Source: a virus
IMG/VR virus record: IMGVR_UViG_3300032291_003205
Coordinates: 1-64,000 of that record
Reading direction: 5' to 3' (one strand)
Length of the DNA: 64,000 nt
In this document: piece by piece, positions 49,980 through 59,034 of the stretch
Position numbering within the stretch: position 1 is the stretch's first letter
Layout of the letters: every line of letters starts with the position of its first letter
The notes under the pieces: generated by a model
What the model saw: the letters and a program-made list of their open reading frames with translations, nothing else
What the model was told of the DNA's origin: nothing
Database searches by the model: none
Program-made: the position numbers and the translations under genes

Positions 49980-50552
49980 ATGAAATCAGAATTAGCAGAA
50001 AAATTATTTTCAATCTGCGGAAGTGCAGATTTGTATGCAACTTACGGTTATAATGATATTAAATCAATAACTCAGTTAACAGAAGAACAACGTATTGAAA
50101 TTGAATCATTACTAATTGATAATTTAGGATTTGATAAGATAGTATGGGTGGGACTACCTGCAGGTTTAACAGAAGATGGAGAAAAACCAATTGTTGTTAA
50201 AACTAGGAGAATTGTAGACCCATATGAAGAACTCCCTCATAAAGGTGAAGTAGGATATGTTTATACTATAACATTTACTCCAAAAATGTACGACCCGATG
50301 GAAATGTACCAACCTGTAAAAGATGGATGTGTATTTACACCTACTACTTATAATCCAAAAACATTTGAACCTAAACAAAGTATCACTTTAACTTGGTCAC
50401 CTGATTTTTATCAAGACATTAATGCACCTGTTAGAACACATGAAGATGATAAACAAATGATTCGTGGTATGTTAGAAAAAGTATTAGATAATCCTGAGGA
50501 ATATAGACCGGTTGGATATATTGGATGTTTAATAAGATATGCTGCTGTATAA
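49980..50552 (+). CDS. Hypothetical protein
   Basis: ORF track. Confidence 0.7.
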   Translation: MKSELAEKLFSICGSADLYATYGYNDIKSITQLTEEQRIEIESLLIDNLGFDKIVWVGLPAGLTEDGEKPIVVKTRRIVDPYEELPHKGEVGYVYTITFTPKMYDPMEMYQPVKDGCVFTPTTYNPKTFEPKQSITLTWSPDFYQDINAPVRTHEDDKQMIRGMLEKVLDNPEEYRPVGYIGCLIRYAAV

Positions 50553-50634
50553 CCCAACAACCAAACCCCCTTAAGTAATTAATTTTTAATATTAAAGTAA
50601 TATAATAATTATACAATTTATTATTTATAACTGA

Positions 50635-51318
50635 ATGAAAACACTTATCATTTCAGACCTTCATATAGGGTCTAAAGGTTGTAAAACAGAGGAGATTTTA
50701 GAGTTATTAAAAGACGAGTCATTTGAACGTTATATTTTAGTAGGAGATATAATTGATGGGTGGTTATTTAAAAAATATAAAAAATTCTCATACCAACATG
50801 CTCGAGTAATTAGACGTTTACTTAAATTATCTAAAAACAAAGATATTATTTGGATTTCAGGTAATCATGATGAGTTTTTACGTAAGTATACTCCAATTGA
50901 ACTAGGTAATATTAAAGTAGTAGATGAATTTATTGAAGATGGTATTTGGTATTGTCATGGAGACAAATACGATGGTATTGTTAAGATGCGTTGGTTAGGA
51001 ATATTAGGTTCAATTGGTTATGATTTAGCTATCATAATTGATAGATTTTTAAAGCGTTTTAATAAGAAAACTAGTTTATCTAAATACCTTAAAGATAATG
51101 TTAAAGCCGCTGTTTCGTTTTTAGTTGATTTTGAAAATGAAATGGTTCGTCAAGCTAAAAAACGTAAATGTCATACTGTAGTTTGCGGTCATATTCACAC
51201 TCCAGAATATAAAATTATTGATGGAGTGGATTATTTGAATTGTGGTGATTGGGTTGAAAATTGTTCACACATTGTATTAGAAAATAATAAATTTAACTTA
51301 TGTTATCAAAACAACTAA
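50635..51318 (+). CDS. Metallophosphoesterase, UDP-2,3-diacylglucosamine hydrolase-like family
   Basis: ISDLHIG, VGDIID, GNHD, HGD, CGHIH, NCGDW. Confidence 0.88.
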   Translation: MKTLIISDLHIGSKGCKTEEILELLKDESFERYILVGDIIDGWLFKKYKKFSYQHARVIRRLLKLSKNKDIIWISGNHDEFLRKYTPIELGNIKVVDEFIEDGIWYCHGDKYDGIVKMRWLGILGSIGYDLAIIIDRFLKRFNKKTSLSKYLKDNVKAAVSFLVDFENEMVRQAKKRKCHTVVCGHIHTPEYKIIDGVDYLNCGDWVENCSHIVLENNKFNLCYQNN

Positions 51319-52016
51319 CCATTGTAATTCCAACTTACAATGAGGGTAAATACATTGCTCGAACATTGTATGCTATTGCTGCTCAATCTAAAACTAAAGG
51401 TATTAAAATTATTATTGCTGATGCTAAATCAACTGATAATACTAGAACAATGGCTGAGACTAATGGGTTTGAATTAGGATTAAACTTAATGGTTATAGAT
51501 GGTGGTTTACCTGCTGTAGGTAGGAATGCTGGAGCTAAATTAGCAACTACACCTTATGTTTTATTTTTAGATGCTGATGTAACATTTACTCACAGACATG
51601 CTATTAAAGAAGCGTTTGATGAAATAGCAACAGGTAAATACGAAATGGTAGCAACAACACCGGTTTATAAGGGCGAGTTAGACATTAGAGCATTCATTAT
51701 GTTCGGTCTAAATAAGTATGTAACGTGGTTCCTATCTAAAACCGAACCATTTGCAATAGGTGGTTTTACAATGGTTAATAGACAAGTATTTAATAAATTA
51801 GGTGGTTATGATGAGAAAGCAAAACAAAGTGAGGATTGGTTATTAAGTAAAAAAATAAAACCCCATAACTTTAAACTAGTATCAGAATTAATCACTCAGG
51901 ACAATAGACGATTTAAGCGTTATGGTTATTTTAGTATGGTGAAATTATTATATAATAACTGGAGGAATCGTAATAATACTCAATATTTTTACGAGGATCA
52001 GGGTTATTGGAAATAA
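51300..52016 (+). CDS. GT2 glycosyltransferase
   Basis: IVIPTYNE, DAKSTD, RNAGA, FLDAD, GGYDE, SED. Confidence 0.9.
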   Translation: MLSKQLTIVIPTYNEGKYIARTLYAIAAQSKTKGIKIIIADAKSTDNTRTMAETNGFELGLNLMVIDGGLPAVGRNAGAKLATTPYVLFLDADVTFTHRHAIKEAFDEIATGKYEMVATTPVYKGELDIRAFIMFGLNKYVTWFLSKTEPFAIGGFTMVNRQVFNKLGGYDEKAKQSEDWLLSKKIKPHNFKLVSELITQDNRRFKRYGYFSMVKLLYNNWRNRNNTQYFYEDQGYWK

Positions 52017-52035
52017 TTATATTTATTATTAAGTT

Positions 52036-52368
52036 ATGTTAGAAGATATAAAAATCATTCACCTTAAAAGCAATGCCCAACAGCTTGAAACATGGATTGC
52101 TATGTTAAATGGGGAAATTGTAGGTCATATCTACATGGAACGTGAAGAAAACGCTAAAATTAAATTTTTAGATGCTTGGGTACATGAAGAACACAGACTA
52201 AAAGGTATATTTAGGAGATTGTGGGACACTAGATGGGAATATGTAACAAACAAATACAAAGGTTATAGTGTGTATGCTTGGTGTAAACCAGGTTCATTAC
52301 CATTACTTTTAGAAAAGGGGTTTAGTGAGGGTGAAACGTGTACCTATGTTGAGAAAACAGTAGAGTAA
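52036..52368 (+). CDS. GNAT-family acetyltransferase
   Basis: WVHEEHRLKGIFRRL...EKGF. Confidence 0.8.
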   Translation: MLEDIKIIHLKSNAQQLETWIAMLNGEIVGHIYMEREENAKIKFLDAWVHEEHRLKGIFRRLWDTRWEYVTNKYKGYSVYAWCKPGSLPLLLEKGFSEGETCTYVEKTVE

Positions 52369-52817
52369 TGCGTATTTTGCTGCTTATATTGGTTTTATTT
52401 ACGTTTAACAACGTATATAGTCAAATAACTATACCGGCAATGGCAAGCCAATACGCTAAAACAATTGACTCGGCTATAACGTTGGTTCAAAAAACTGATA
52501 TAGAGGTTTATAATAGACTAGATAGTGTTTGTGATGGGGTTGATTTATGGTTAGGTAGTTTTTCGTCTTGTAGTGACGGGATTATTTACATAAGTAGGAA
52601 CGATGTTTTATTAGGTGTTCAAAATGTAGCCGCTGTTTTGGTTCATGAAAGTAAACACTTATGGATTTGGCAACAACAAATCAAATTGGAGATTGAGCAA
52701 GAGGAGACAATGTGTTATAAGTATGAGTTAGAGTTTTTAAATAAAATACCTAACTGTAGTTGGGAGCTTAAAAAACATGCTATAAATTTTATAATAGAGT
52801 TTGGCTCCCCAAAATAG
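52368..52817 (+). CDS. Secreted zincin-like protein
   Basis: Signal peptide; VLVHESKH...EE. Confidence 0.6.
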   Translation: MRILLLILVLFTFNNVYSQITIPAMASQYAKTIDSAITLVQKTDIEVYNRLDSVCDGVDLWLGSFSSCSDGIIYISRNDVLLGVQNVAAVLVHESKHLWIWQQQIKLEIEQEETMCYKYELEFLNKIPNCSWELKKHAINFIIEFGSPK

Positions 52818-52838
52818 GGTTCGTATATTCACGGCATG
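52801..52838 (+). promoter_or_regulatory. TTGG-N19-TATATT promoter, ATG at the predicted +1
   Basis: ttggctccccaaaatagggttcgtatattcacggcATG. Confidence 0.85.
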
Positions 52839-53033
52839 GAAAAAAATAATAAATCAGATAGTTTAGGTCTTGGAACAATTTTATTTTTGATTTTCTTAAC
52901 ACTTAAACTAGCTGGAATAGGTGTTGTTGCTACTTGGAGTTGGTGGTGGATATTTTCACCTATTTTGATTCCTTTAGCTGGTTTGTTGGTAATATTTATT
53001 ATTATTGGAATAGCTACTTATATTAATAGATAA
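52836..53033 (+). CDS. Small two-TM membrane protein
   Basis: LFLIFLTLKL.G...WSWWWIFSP. Confidence 0.8.
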   Translation: MEKNNKSDSLGLGTILFLIFLTLKLAGIGVVATWSWWWIFSPILIPLAGLLVIFIIIGIATYINR

Positions 53034-53035
53034 TT

Positions 53036-53266
53036 ATGACAAACGTTCCTATATTAGATCTACATGGTGTTTCACATAGTGATGCCTTGTTAATTGTTGA
53101 AGAATGGGCTATTATGTGGGATTATCGAGTATTAGGTTTTCAAGGTAAAATCATTACAGGCAATAGCACTAAAATGAAAACACTAGCAATTAGTGCATTA
53201 AAAAAACATAAATTTAATTACCAAATTATGGGTGATGGTTCAATTTTAGTTTCAGGAACAATATGA
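53036..53266 (+). CDS. Stand-alone Smr-like domain protein
   Basis: LDLHG...IITGNS. Confidence 0.7.
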   Translation: MTNVPILDLHGVSHSDALLIVEEWAIMWDYRVLGFQGKIITGNSTKMKTLAISALKKHKFNYQIMGDGSILVSGTI

Positions 53267-53685
53267 GCAAAGAATATAACGAGTGGTATTGGAGATTGTA
53301 TAGGTGGATAAGATGGGAATTACCTTACCAACACAAGTACATTAAGTACGGAGTTAAAAACCTATATAACTGGTTTTGGATCATTTGGAAGGATAGAGAC
53401 TGGGACCATCATTATATTTTTGAGGTATTAAAATTTAAATTAGAAAAACAAGCCAAACATTTAGGTGAAAGAAATTGGCATGAAAGTTCTAAACGTGATG
53501 CTGAGTTAATGATGACTTGTGTTAGGTTGATTAATAAAATTCAAAATGAAGAATATTATGATGGGCTTTATAATTTAGATGAAAAGTCACCTGAAGTATT
53601 TAAAATAGTAATCGATAGACATAATAAAGCTAGACGTTTATTATTTAAAATTCTGGAGCAAAAAATTGAAAGTTGGTGGGATTGA
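53263..53685 (+). CDS. Conserved phage protein
   Basis: IWKDRDWD...WWD. Confidence 0.75.
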   Translation: MSKEYNEWYWRLYRWIRWELPYQHKYIKYGVKNLYNWFWIIWKDRDWDHHYIFEVLKFKLEKQAKHLGERNWHESSKRDAELMMTCVRLINKIQNEEYYDGLYNLDEKSPEVFKIVIDRHNKARRLLFKILEQKIESWWD

Positions 53686-53686
53686 T

Positions 53687-53724
53687 TTGGAATCCCGAGA
53701 GATTATTCGTATATTCACGTCATG
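53687..53724 (+). promoter_or_regulatory. TTGG-N19-TATATT promoter, ATG at the predicted +1
   Basis: tttggaatcccgagagattattcgtatattcacgtcATG. Confidence 0.85.
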
Positions 53725-54351
53725 AAATTAGATAAAAATAGTAAATTCTACACACCACCAACGTTTAAACAACGTTTAGATAATATCAAGTATGGTATAT
53801 TGTTTTGGAAAGGACGTAGTAAAGGTATGATTTATACTCGTAGTATTGAGTTAGATGATCTACGTTACATATTCTTTCCTAAAGGTTTTCATGAAAAGTA
53901 TAGTTATTTAGGTTCTGTTCCTTATAATGAGGACGGACCATATTTTAAAGCAATGCTTCCTTTAGTATTAGCAATGGATTATGAGGCAAGACCTAAGTTA
54001 TGTCCAAAATGGTTCTTACGTTTCTTAGAAGTATTTGGTAACGATAGATCTATTGTTCGAGTTCGTAACCGGACTTTGCACGATCTACATAAGAAACTAA
54101 CTAAAGGTATGCGTTTTATTGATTATAAAACTAAATGGGAGGATTATGACTTACGTATTTCAATTAGTGCTCCTAAACATTTACAAGATCTAGCTGATGA
54201 TATTGAATTTGGATATTACAGTAGAGGTAAACAAGAAGAGTTAGTAGCTGAAATAAAAAAATTAGACCCTAATGCTAGTATTATTTGGGGGAGTGTTGAT
54301 AGATTAACAAAACAATTAGAAGAATTAGAAAACAAACAAGATAATAAATAA
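53722..54351 (+). CDS. Hypothetical protein
   Basis: ORF track. Confidence 0.7.
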   Translation: MKLDKNSKFYTPPTFKQRLDNIKYGILFWKGRSKGMIYTRSIELDDLRYIFFPKGFHEKYSYLGSVPYNEDGPYFKAMLPLVLAMDYEARPKLCPKWFLRFLEVFGNDRSIVRVRNRTLHDLHKKLTKGMRFIDYKTKWEDYDLRISISAPKHLQDLADDIEFGYYSRGKQEELVAEIKKLDPNASIIWGSVDRLTKQLEELENKQDNK

Positions 54352-54357
54352 GAAGTT

Positions 54358-55041
54358 ATGGAAAATCAAAATAGTGTATGTTTTGTAGCTCGTATTAACG
54401 AGATTAAACCAATTGAAGGAGCAGACAATATCGAACTAGCAGTAATTGGTGGTTGGAACTGTATTGTAAAAAAAGGACAATACAAAGTAGATGATTTAGT
54501 AGCTGTAGCAACTACTGATGCAGTCATTCCTCAACATTTGTCTGATGATATGAATGTGACTAATTACTTACGTAAGGGTGGTCGTGTTCGTACTGTTAAA
54601 TTAAGAGGTGTTTATTCCGAGTGTTTGATTATTCCTATTGAAAAAACAGGATTATTCAAATATGAGTTTACTGAAGGTAAAGATTTGATGGACATAATGT
54701 ACATCTACAAGTACGAACCACCAGCAGTTCAAATCCAATTATCTTCAGGTAAGATTAGGAAATGTAAGGAGAATGAAGCTTTTAAAGTGTATTATAAATT
54801 TCCTAATATCAAGAATGTAAACGGTATGTTTAATGAATTTGATGAAGTAGAGGTAACACGTAAAATACATGGCACATCAGCAAGATATGGTATTGTTAGA
54901 AAAGTAGAATTAACTTTATTAGATAAGGTTAAGTTGAAATTAAATAAGATGTTTGGTATTGGAGGTGATAGTTGGAAGTACTGCGATTATGAATTTTATA
55001 TTGGTAGCCATAATGTTGTAAAAGATATACAAGATTTGTAA
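54358..55041 (+). CDS. RNA ligase (DRB0094/Rnl2-like), N-terminal fragment
   Basis: PIEGADNIE, RVRTVKLRG.YSE, KYEPP, motif I KIHGTS; ends just after GSHNV. Confidence 0.85.
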   Translation: MENQNSVCFVARINEIKPIEGADNIELAVIGGWNCIVKKGQYKVDDLVAVATTDAVIPQHLSDDMNVTNYLRKGGRVRTVKLRGVYSECLIIPIEKTGLFKYEFTEGKDLMDIMYIYKYEPPAVQIQLSSGKIRKCKENEAFKVYYKFPNIKNVNGMFNEFDEVEVTRKIHGTSARYGIVRKVELTLLDKVKLKLNKMFGIGGDSWKYCDYEFYIGSHNVVKDIQDL

Positions 55042-55061
55042 CTTTTATATATTTATGTCCG

Positions 55062-55778
55062 ATGGATATTTCGAGCAATATAGGAATTTATAAAATATTA
55101 AATCCTAAAGGAAGAGTATATATTGGACAATCTACTAATTTAAAAAATAGAGAAAAACAATATAAAAACATAAAAGAATCTAAAGAACAAATAAAATTAA
55201 ATAGATCTTTTAAAAAATATGGGATTGATAATCACCTATTTGATATTGTAGAGTATTGTACTTTAGAACAGTTAGATGATAGAGAAATATATTGGGGTGA
55301 ATTTTATAATGTATTAAAAACAGGTTTAAATTGTAGATTAGGTAGAGGTAGAGGATTAGTAAGTGATGATTTGAGAGAAAGAATGAAAATATCTAATAAA
55401 AGGAAAAAAATTAAACCTGTTTTACAATATGATTTATATGGTAATTTTATTAAAAAATGGGAAGCAATTTCAGATGCTGAAAAAAGCTTAGGAGTTAATA
55501 ATAATACTAACATAAGTGCTTGTTGTTTAGGAAAACAAAAAACAGCATGGGGTTTTATTTGGAGATTTGAAAACGGGGATATAGAGAAAAAAATAGAGGG
55601 AGTAAAACACACACAAGTAGTTGTACAATATGATTTAGAAGGTAATTTTATTAAAGAATGGGATAATATAAAACAAATTAAAGAAACATTAGGTTTTTCT
55701 TATTCAACATTATATGAATGTGTAAATGGAAGATGGAAACAATGTAGTGGTTTTATTTGGAAGTATAAAGAAATTTAA
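55062..55778 (+). CDS. GIY-YIG homing endonuclease with two NUMOD1-like repeats
   Basis: GIYKI...VYIGQS; QYDL.GNFIK.W...GFIW twice. Confidence 0.92.
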   Translation: MDISSNIGIYKILNPKGRVYIGQSTNLKNREKQYKNIKESKEQIKLNRSFKKYGIDNHLFDIVEYCTLEQLDDREIYWGEFYNVLKTGLNCRLGRGRGLVSDDLRERMKISNKRKKIKPVLQYDLYGNFIKKWEAISDAEKSLGVNNNTNISACCLGKQKTAWGFIWRFENGDIEKKIEGVKHTQVVVQYDLEGNFIKEWDNIKQIKETLGFSYSTLYECVNGRWKQCSGFIWKYKEI

Positions 55779-55786
55779 AAATAAAT

Positions 55787-55850
55787 TTGGCTTCCTGAAG
55801 GATTGTTCGTATATTAACGACATAGAAAAAAGATAAAAATAAAAGTTATG
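55787..55850 (+). promoter_or_regulatory. TTGG-N19-TATATT promoter heading the cassette array
   Basis: tttggcttcctgaaggattgttcgtatattaacgacata. Confidence 0.85.
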
Positions 55851-56150
55851 ACAAACAATAAACAACAAACGGCAGTACAACTAATTATTGAAGCCTTGGA
55901 CATTGAATGCAAATCAAGAGGAATGAATGTGAATTGGGATATGTATTTAGAAATAGAGAAGAAACAGAGGATTAAAGACAAACTTGAATTGTCAGCATCT
56001 TTAGTTAAAAATAAAGAGCAACAACATGAAACTACTTGGATAGCAGCACTTGACTATGGAATTGAAAAACTGAAAGGTTTAAATGATTTAGAATCTAAAG
56101 ATGCTTTTGAACAATACTATGAACAAACCTACGGAGGAGGTGAGCAATGA
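55848..56150 (+). CDS. MTNNKQQTA-family cassette protein ending TYGGGEQ
   Basis: Shared termini. Confidence 0.8.
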   Translation: MTNNKQQTAVQLIIEALDIECKSRGMNVNWDMYLEIEKKQRIKDKLELSASLVKNKEQQHETTWIAALDYGIEKLKGLNDLESKDAFEQYYEQTYGGGEQ

Positions 56151-56368
56151 CAAACAATAAACAACAAACGGCAATGAAACAACACACATACGAAGAGTTA
56201 ATATCTATTTCAGATAAACTTTACAGAGAACAAAACCCAACAGGAACTATGTGTACACCAAATAGTGTATACATAACAGTAATTGAAAAGTGGTATCCTA
56301 AATATATAGAATCTAAAAGCGAATTAGATTTCTATGACTACTGTATTAAAACCTATGGAGGTGAGTAA
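56147..56368 (+). CDS. MTNNKQQTA-family cassette protein ending TYGGE
   Basis: Shared termini. Confidence 0.75.
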   Translation: MTNNKQQTAMKQHTYEELISISDKLYREQNPTGTMCTPNSVYITVIEKWYPKYIESKSELDFYDYCIKTYGGE

Positions 56369-56601
56369 TGACAAGTAAATATAAAATTGGTGACATCATA
56401 GTTACCCAAAGAGAATATTTACTCTTGTTTGATGAAGGTGAGGAGTATGAAATTGTTGATATTGAAAACAACTTGGGTGATTTAATGTATTATGTTTCTC
56501 ATAACGGGAAAAGGATAGCAAGTTGGGGTCTTAAAGAATTTGAATTGGATATTCAATTTATAAAAAAACCTACGGAGGAGATAACAAATGAAAGTAAATG
56601 A
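56368..56601 (+). CDS. Small SH3/KOW-like cassette protein
   Basis: YKIGDII...YEIVDI; the junction is read out of frame. Confidence 0.65.
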   Translation: MTSKYKIGDIIVTQREYLLLFDEGEEYEIVDIENNLGDLMYYVSHNGKRIASWGLKEFELDIQFIKKPTEEITNESK

Positions 56602-56941
56602 ATTAAGAATTGGAAATTGGTACGACCAATTTAGCAATCACCACAAAGCAACATGGGCTACTTTAAAACAATTAGATGAAGCACCCAAATCTCAACTTTG
56701 GTGCAAACCCATCCCACTCACAGAAGAATGGTTGTTAAAGTTTGGGTTTGAGCGTAGACAGATTAAAGATTTAATAAGTTACACCTTGCCAAAATTAGAG
56801 TTGTATCAATATTCATCTAATAACAATAAGATATTTTTTGAATATGCTGATGGGGAAATACAACTTAGATATGTCCACCAACTACAAAACCTATACTTTG
56901 CTTTGACTGGTGAAGAATTAACCTACGGAGGAGGTGAGTAA
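56588..56941 (+). CDS. Conserved phage protein (ELRIGN...PIPLTEEWLLKFGF...VHQLQNLYFALTGEEL) with appended TYGGGE
   Basis: Motif recognition. Confidence 0.8.
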   Translation: MKVNELRIGNWYDQFSNHHKATWATLKQLDEAPKSQLWCKPIPLTEEWLLKFGFERRQIKDLISYTLPKLELYQYSSNNNKIFFEYADGEIQLRYVHQLQNLYFALTGEELTYGGGE

Positions 56942-57258
56942 TGAGTCTTGACTTGAACAAACTTGCAAACAAACTTGATGAAGCGTTAAGCAATGAAACA
57001 AGCGAAACACTAAATAAATTTTTAAACGATAAAAGAATGGAAAACAACAAACAAACAACACCAGTTGTAGTAAAACAGCCCACAGGGGTAGCTATTAACA
57101 CCGAAAATGTAAGCCCTGAATTAATTAACCTTTTAACCCAAAACTTTGATCACTATGAAGATGATTATTTCGGTGTCATTGGGATGGATAACGGATCCGA
57201 AGAACATAAATCACTTATGGAATCAATGTCTAAAATGGGTATGGAATGTAAGAAATAA
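56941..57258 (+). CDS. Cassette protein sharing its N-terminal 33 aa with 147..440
   Basis: Repeat copy 2. Confidence 0.75.
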   Translation: MSLDLNKLANKLDEALSNETSETLNKFLNDKRMENNKQTTPVVVKQPTGVAINTENVSPELINLLTQNFDHYEDDYFGVIGMDNGSEEHKSLMESMSKMGMECKK

Positions 57259-57275
57259 ACAATAATAAACAAATT

Positions 57276-57452
57276 ATGATACATCAAGAATTAAATGAAT
57301 GGGATGAAAATATAAAAGCATTTGTAAAAGAAAAACAAATGACTAAGGAAGTACAAGAAGAATTTTTAACGGAATACGACTCTCATCTATTTAGAGGTGG
57401 AATTAACGATGTTGAATGGTTCTATAACGAATTATATGGAGGTAACAAATGA
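57276..57452 (+). CDS. Cassette protein (58 aa) ending LYGGNK
   Basis: Manual translation; in-frame NNNKQ remnant upstream. Confidence 0.7.
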   Translation: MIHQELNEWDENIKAFVKEKQMTKEVQEEFLTEYDSHLFRGGINDVEWFYNELYGGNK

Positions 57453-57964
57453 AAAAGTTATTTAATAAATTATTTAAAAGAAAAAAAGAGAAGACTCACT
57501 TCTACCCAACAGACGTTTGGTCTGAAATTGCTGAAAAATATCATATTAGAGAACAATTGTGGAATTTGTTTAAATCTTTACAAGATGTTTATGAGATTGG
57601 TTCCGGTATTGTAATCTATGGTGAAATTTATGGTCCTGGTATTCAAAAGAACTATGACTATGGTTTGAAAGAAATTGAATATGCTGGATTTGATATGACT
57701 ATTAATGGTGAATACACACCATGTAGTACTAGTTTTATGTATCATGATATGTTGGGTTTAAAATATGTACCTGTTTTGGCTGCTGATACTTGGTCTCAAG
57801 AATTACAAGAAAGATATATGTTTGATAAAATCGAAGGAACTAAAGTACCACATGAAGGTGTTGTAATTAAATCTATGGATGGTGACAGACGTAAAGTAGC
57901 TAAAATAATCAATCCAGAATATTTGATTTACGGTGAAAAAAATAACGTAGGAGATTCACACTAA
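57449..57964 (+). CDS. RNA ligase, C-terminal fragment
   Basis: FYPTDVW, IYGEIYGPGIQKNY (motif III), GFD (IIIa), EGVVI (IV), AKIINPEYL (V). Confidence 0.85.
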   Translation: MKKLFNKLFKRKKEKTHFYPTDVWSEIAEKYHIREQLWNLFKSLQDVYEIGSGIVIYGEIYGPGIQKNYDYGLKEIEYAGFDMTINGEYTPCSTSFMYHDMLGLKYVPVLAADTWSQELQERYMFDKIEGTKVPHEGVVIKSMDGDRRKVAKIINPEYLIYGEKNNVGDSH

Positions 57965-57976
57965 AAATAAAACAAA

Positions 57977-58345
57977 ATGATAACAGGAGAACAACCTAAA
58001 CTATTAGTTGCCATTGATGAAAATGGCAACATAGGTCTTGATGAAAATCAAGCTGAATTGATGGGCTTAATTGAAAAAGAATTTAATTGGAAATTAGTTC
58101 GTGAACGTGATGGTCTAACTAATCAATCTAAAGATATTAAATGGATTGAGTGGAATGAGGAAGGTAGATATAAAGCTGACCATAAAGAACCAGCAGTGGG
58201 ACGAGCATTACTTATGTCTCCATTTAATGATTTTTTTACTTGGATGACAACAGATATTACAGAAATCGTGGAAGAGCGAGAGGATTATATTAAATTCAAG
58301 ACACGAAATAGTAATTATGAATTATGGAAACTAAAAAACGATTAA
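57977..58345 (+). CDS. Hypothetical protein
   Basis: FTWMTT.IT...FKTRNS.Y. Confidence 0.7.
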   Translation: MITGEQPKLLVAIDENGNIGLDENQAELMGLIEKEFNWKLVRERDGLTNQSKDIKWIEWNEEGRYKADHKEPAVGRALLMSPFNDFFTWMTTDITEIVEEREDYIKFKTRNSNYELWKLKND

Positions 58346-58644
58346 GTAGAGAACAAAAATGGGAAAAGGCAGTTATTGATTTAATTAACGAAATGTTTAT
58401 CATGGCTGGTCATGAAGTTACTTTTGATGACATCAAAGATAGAAAAGATAACTGGTTTCAGCAATGGACTATGACTATGCAACAATACGAGGACTGGAAA
58501 TTATGGGGTAAAAAATACCTTATGAAAAATTTAAGACTTAGTGCTAAAAACGCTGAAAGAGAGATGATGTGGGTAGGATTACAGTGGGGTCTTAAATGTA
58601 GTGATTATGAAGAATATTGTAAAAAACGGGAAGATGAGAATTAA
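58324..58644 (+). CDS. Hypothetical protein
   Basis: ORF track. Confidence 0.7.
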   Translation: METKKRLSREQKWEKAVIDLINEMFIMAGHEVTFDDIKDRKDNWFQQWTMTMQQYEDWKLWGKKYLMKNLRLSAKNAEREMMWVGLQWGLKCSDYEEYCKKREDEN

Positions 58645-58777
58645 AACACATACCACAGAAATGTACCAATCAGTATTTATTACACCAAACATATGGGTAA
58701 CATGGAATCATCTTTATGTTACAGTAATTTTTGGTTGGTTGAAATGGACTTACGATATTGATTTTTATAAAAAATGA
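58634..58777 (+). CDS. Small GWLKW-motif protein (47 aa)
   Basis: Manual translation; motif shared with 59809..59979. Confidence 0.6.
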   Translation: MRIKTHTTEMYQSVFITPNIWVTWNHLYVTVIFGWLKWTYDIDFYKK

Positions 58778-58974
58778 TGACACAACAGGAATTTGAACAA
58801 CATAGACAAACATGGATCAAAGAGTGGTCTGATAAATGGAGATTACTTGACATTGACTTTGAAATGTATATGATAATGAAAGGTATGGCACCTGAGGAAT
58901 ATAGAGCAATGAATGAGGCAAGTTGGGATAAGAATGAACTTATTGATGATGAGTGGGGTGAAACCTTTATTTAA
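58774..58974 (+). CDS. Hypothetical protein
   Basis: ORF track. Confidence 0.65.
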   Translation: MMTQQEFEQHRQTWIKEWSDKWRLLDIDFEMYMIMKGMAPEEYRAMNEASWDKNELIDDEWGETFI

Positions 58975-58981
58975 AACAGAT

Positions 58982-59034
58982 TTGGCTTTCTGAGGGATTT
59001 TTCGTATATTCACGTTATAGAAATAAAGGTTATG
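58982..59034 (+). promoter_or_regulatory. TTGG-N19-TATATT promoter plus leader
   Basis: tttggctttctgagggatttttcgtatattcacgttatagaaataaaggttATG. Confidence 0.85.

Larger units (their letters stand above)
56127..57452 (+). repeat. Five interspersed junction repeats ACCTAYGGAGG(AG)GTGAGYAATGA / GGAGGTAACAAATGA
   Basis: Copies at 56127-150, 56351-371, 56568-591, 56921-944, 57435-452; related copies at 131-150, 688-709, 61267-293. Confidence 0.9.

Noticed and set aside
56127-57452. CRISPR array
   Set aside because: Repeats are degenerate and 200-500 bp apart, the spacers are ORFs, and there is no cas operon; the PD-(D/E)XK nuclease is a common stand-alone phage gene.
55019-57490. Group I intron interrupting the RNA ligase
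   Set aside because: The insert is filled with ORFs and a promoter, leaves no room for a ribozyme core, and both halves have their own start and stop codons.
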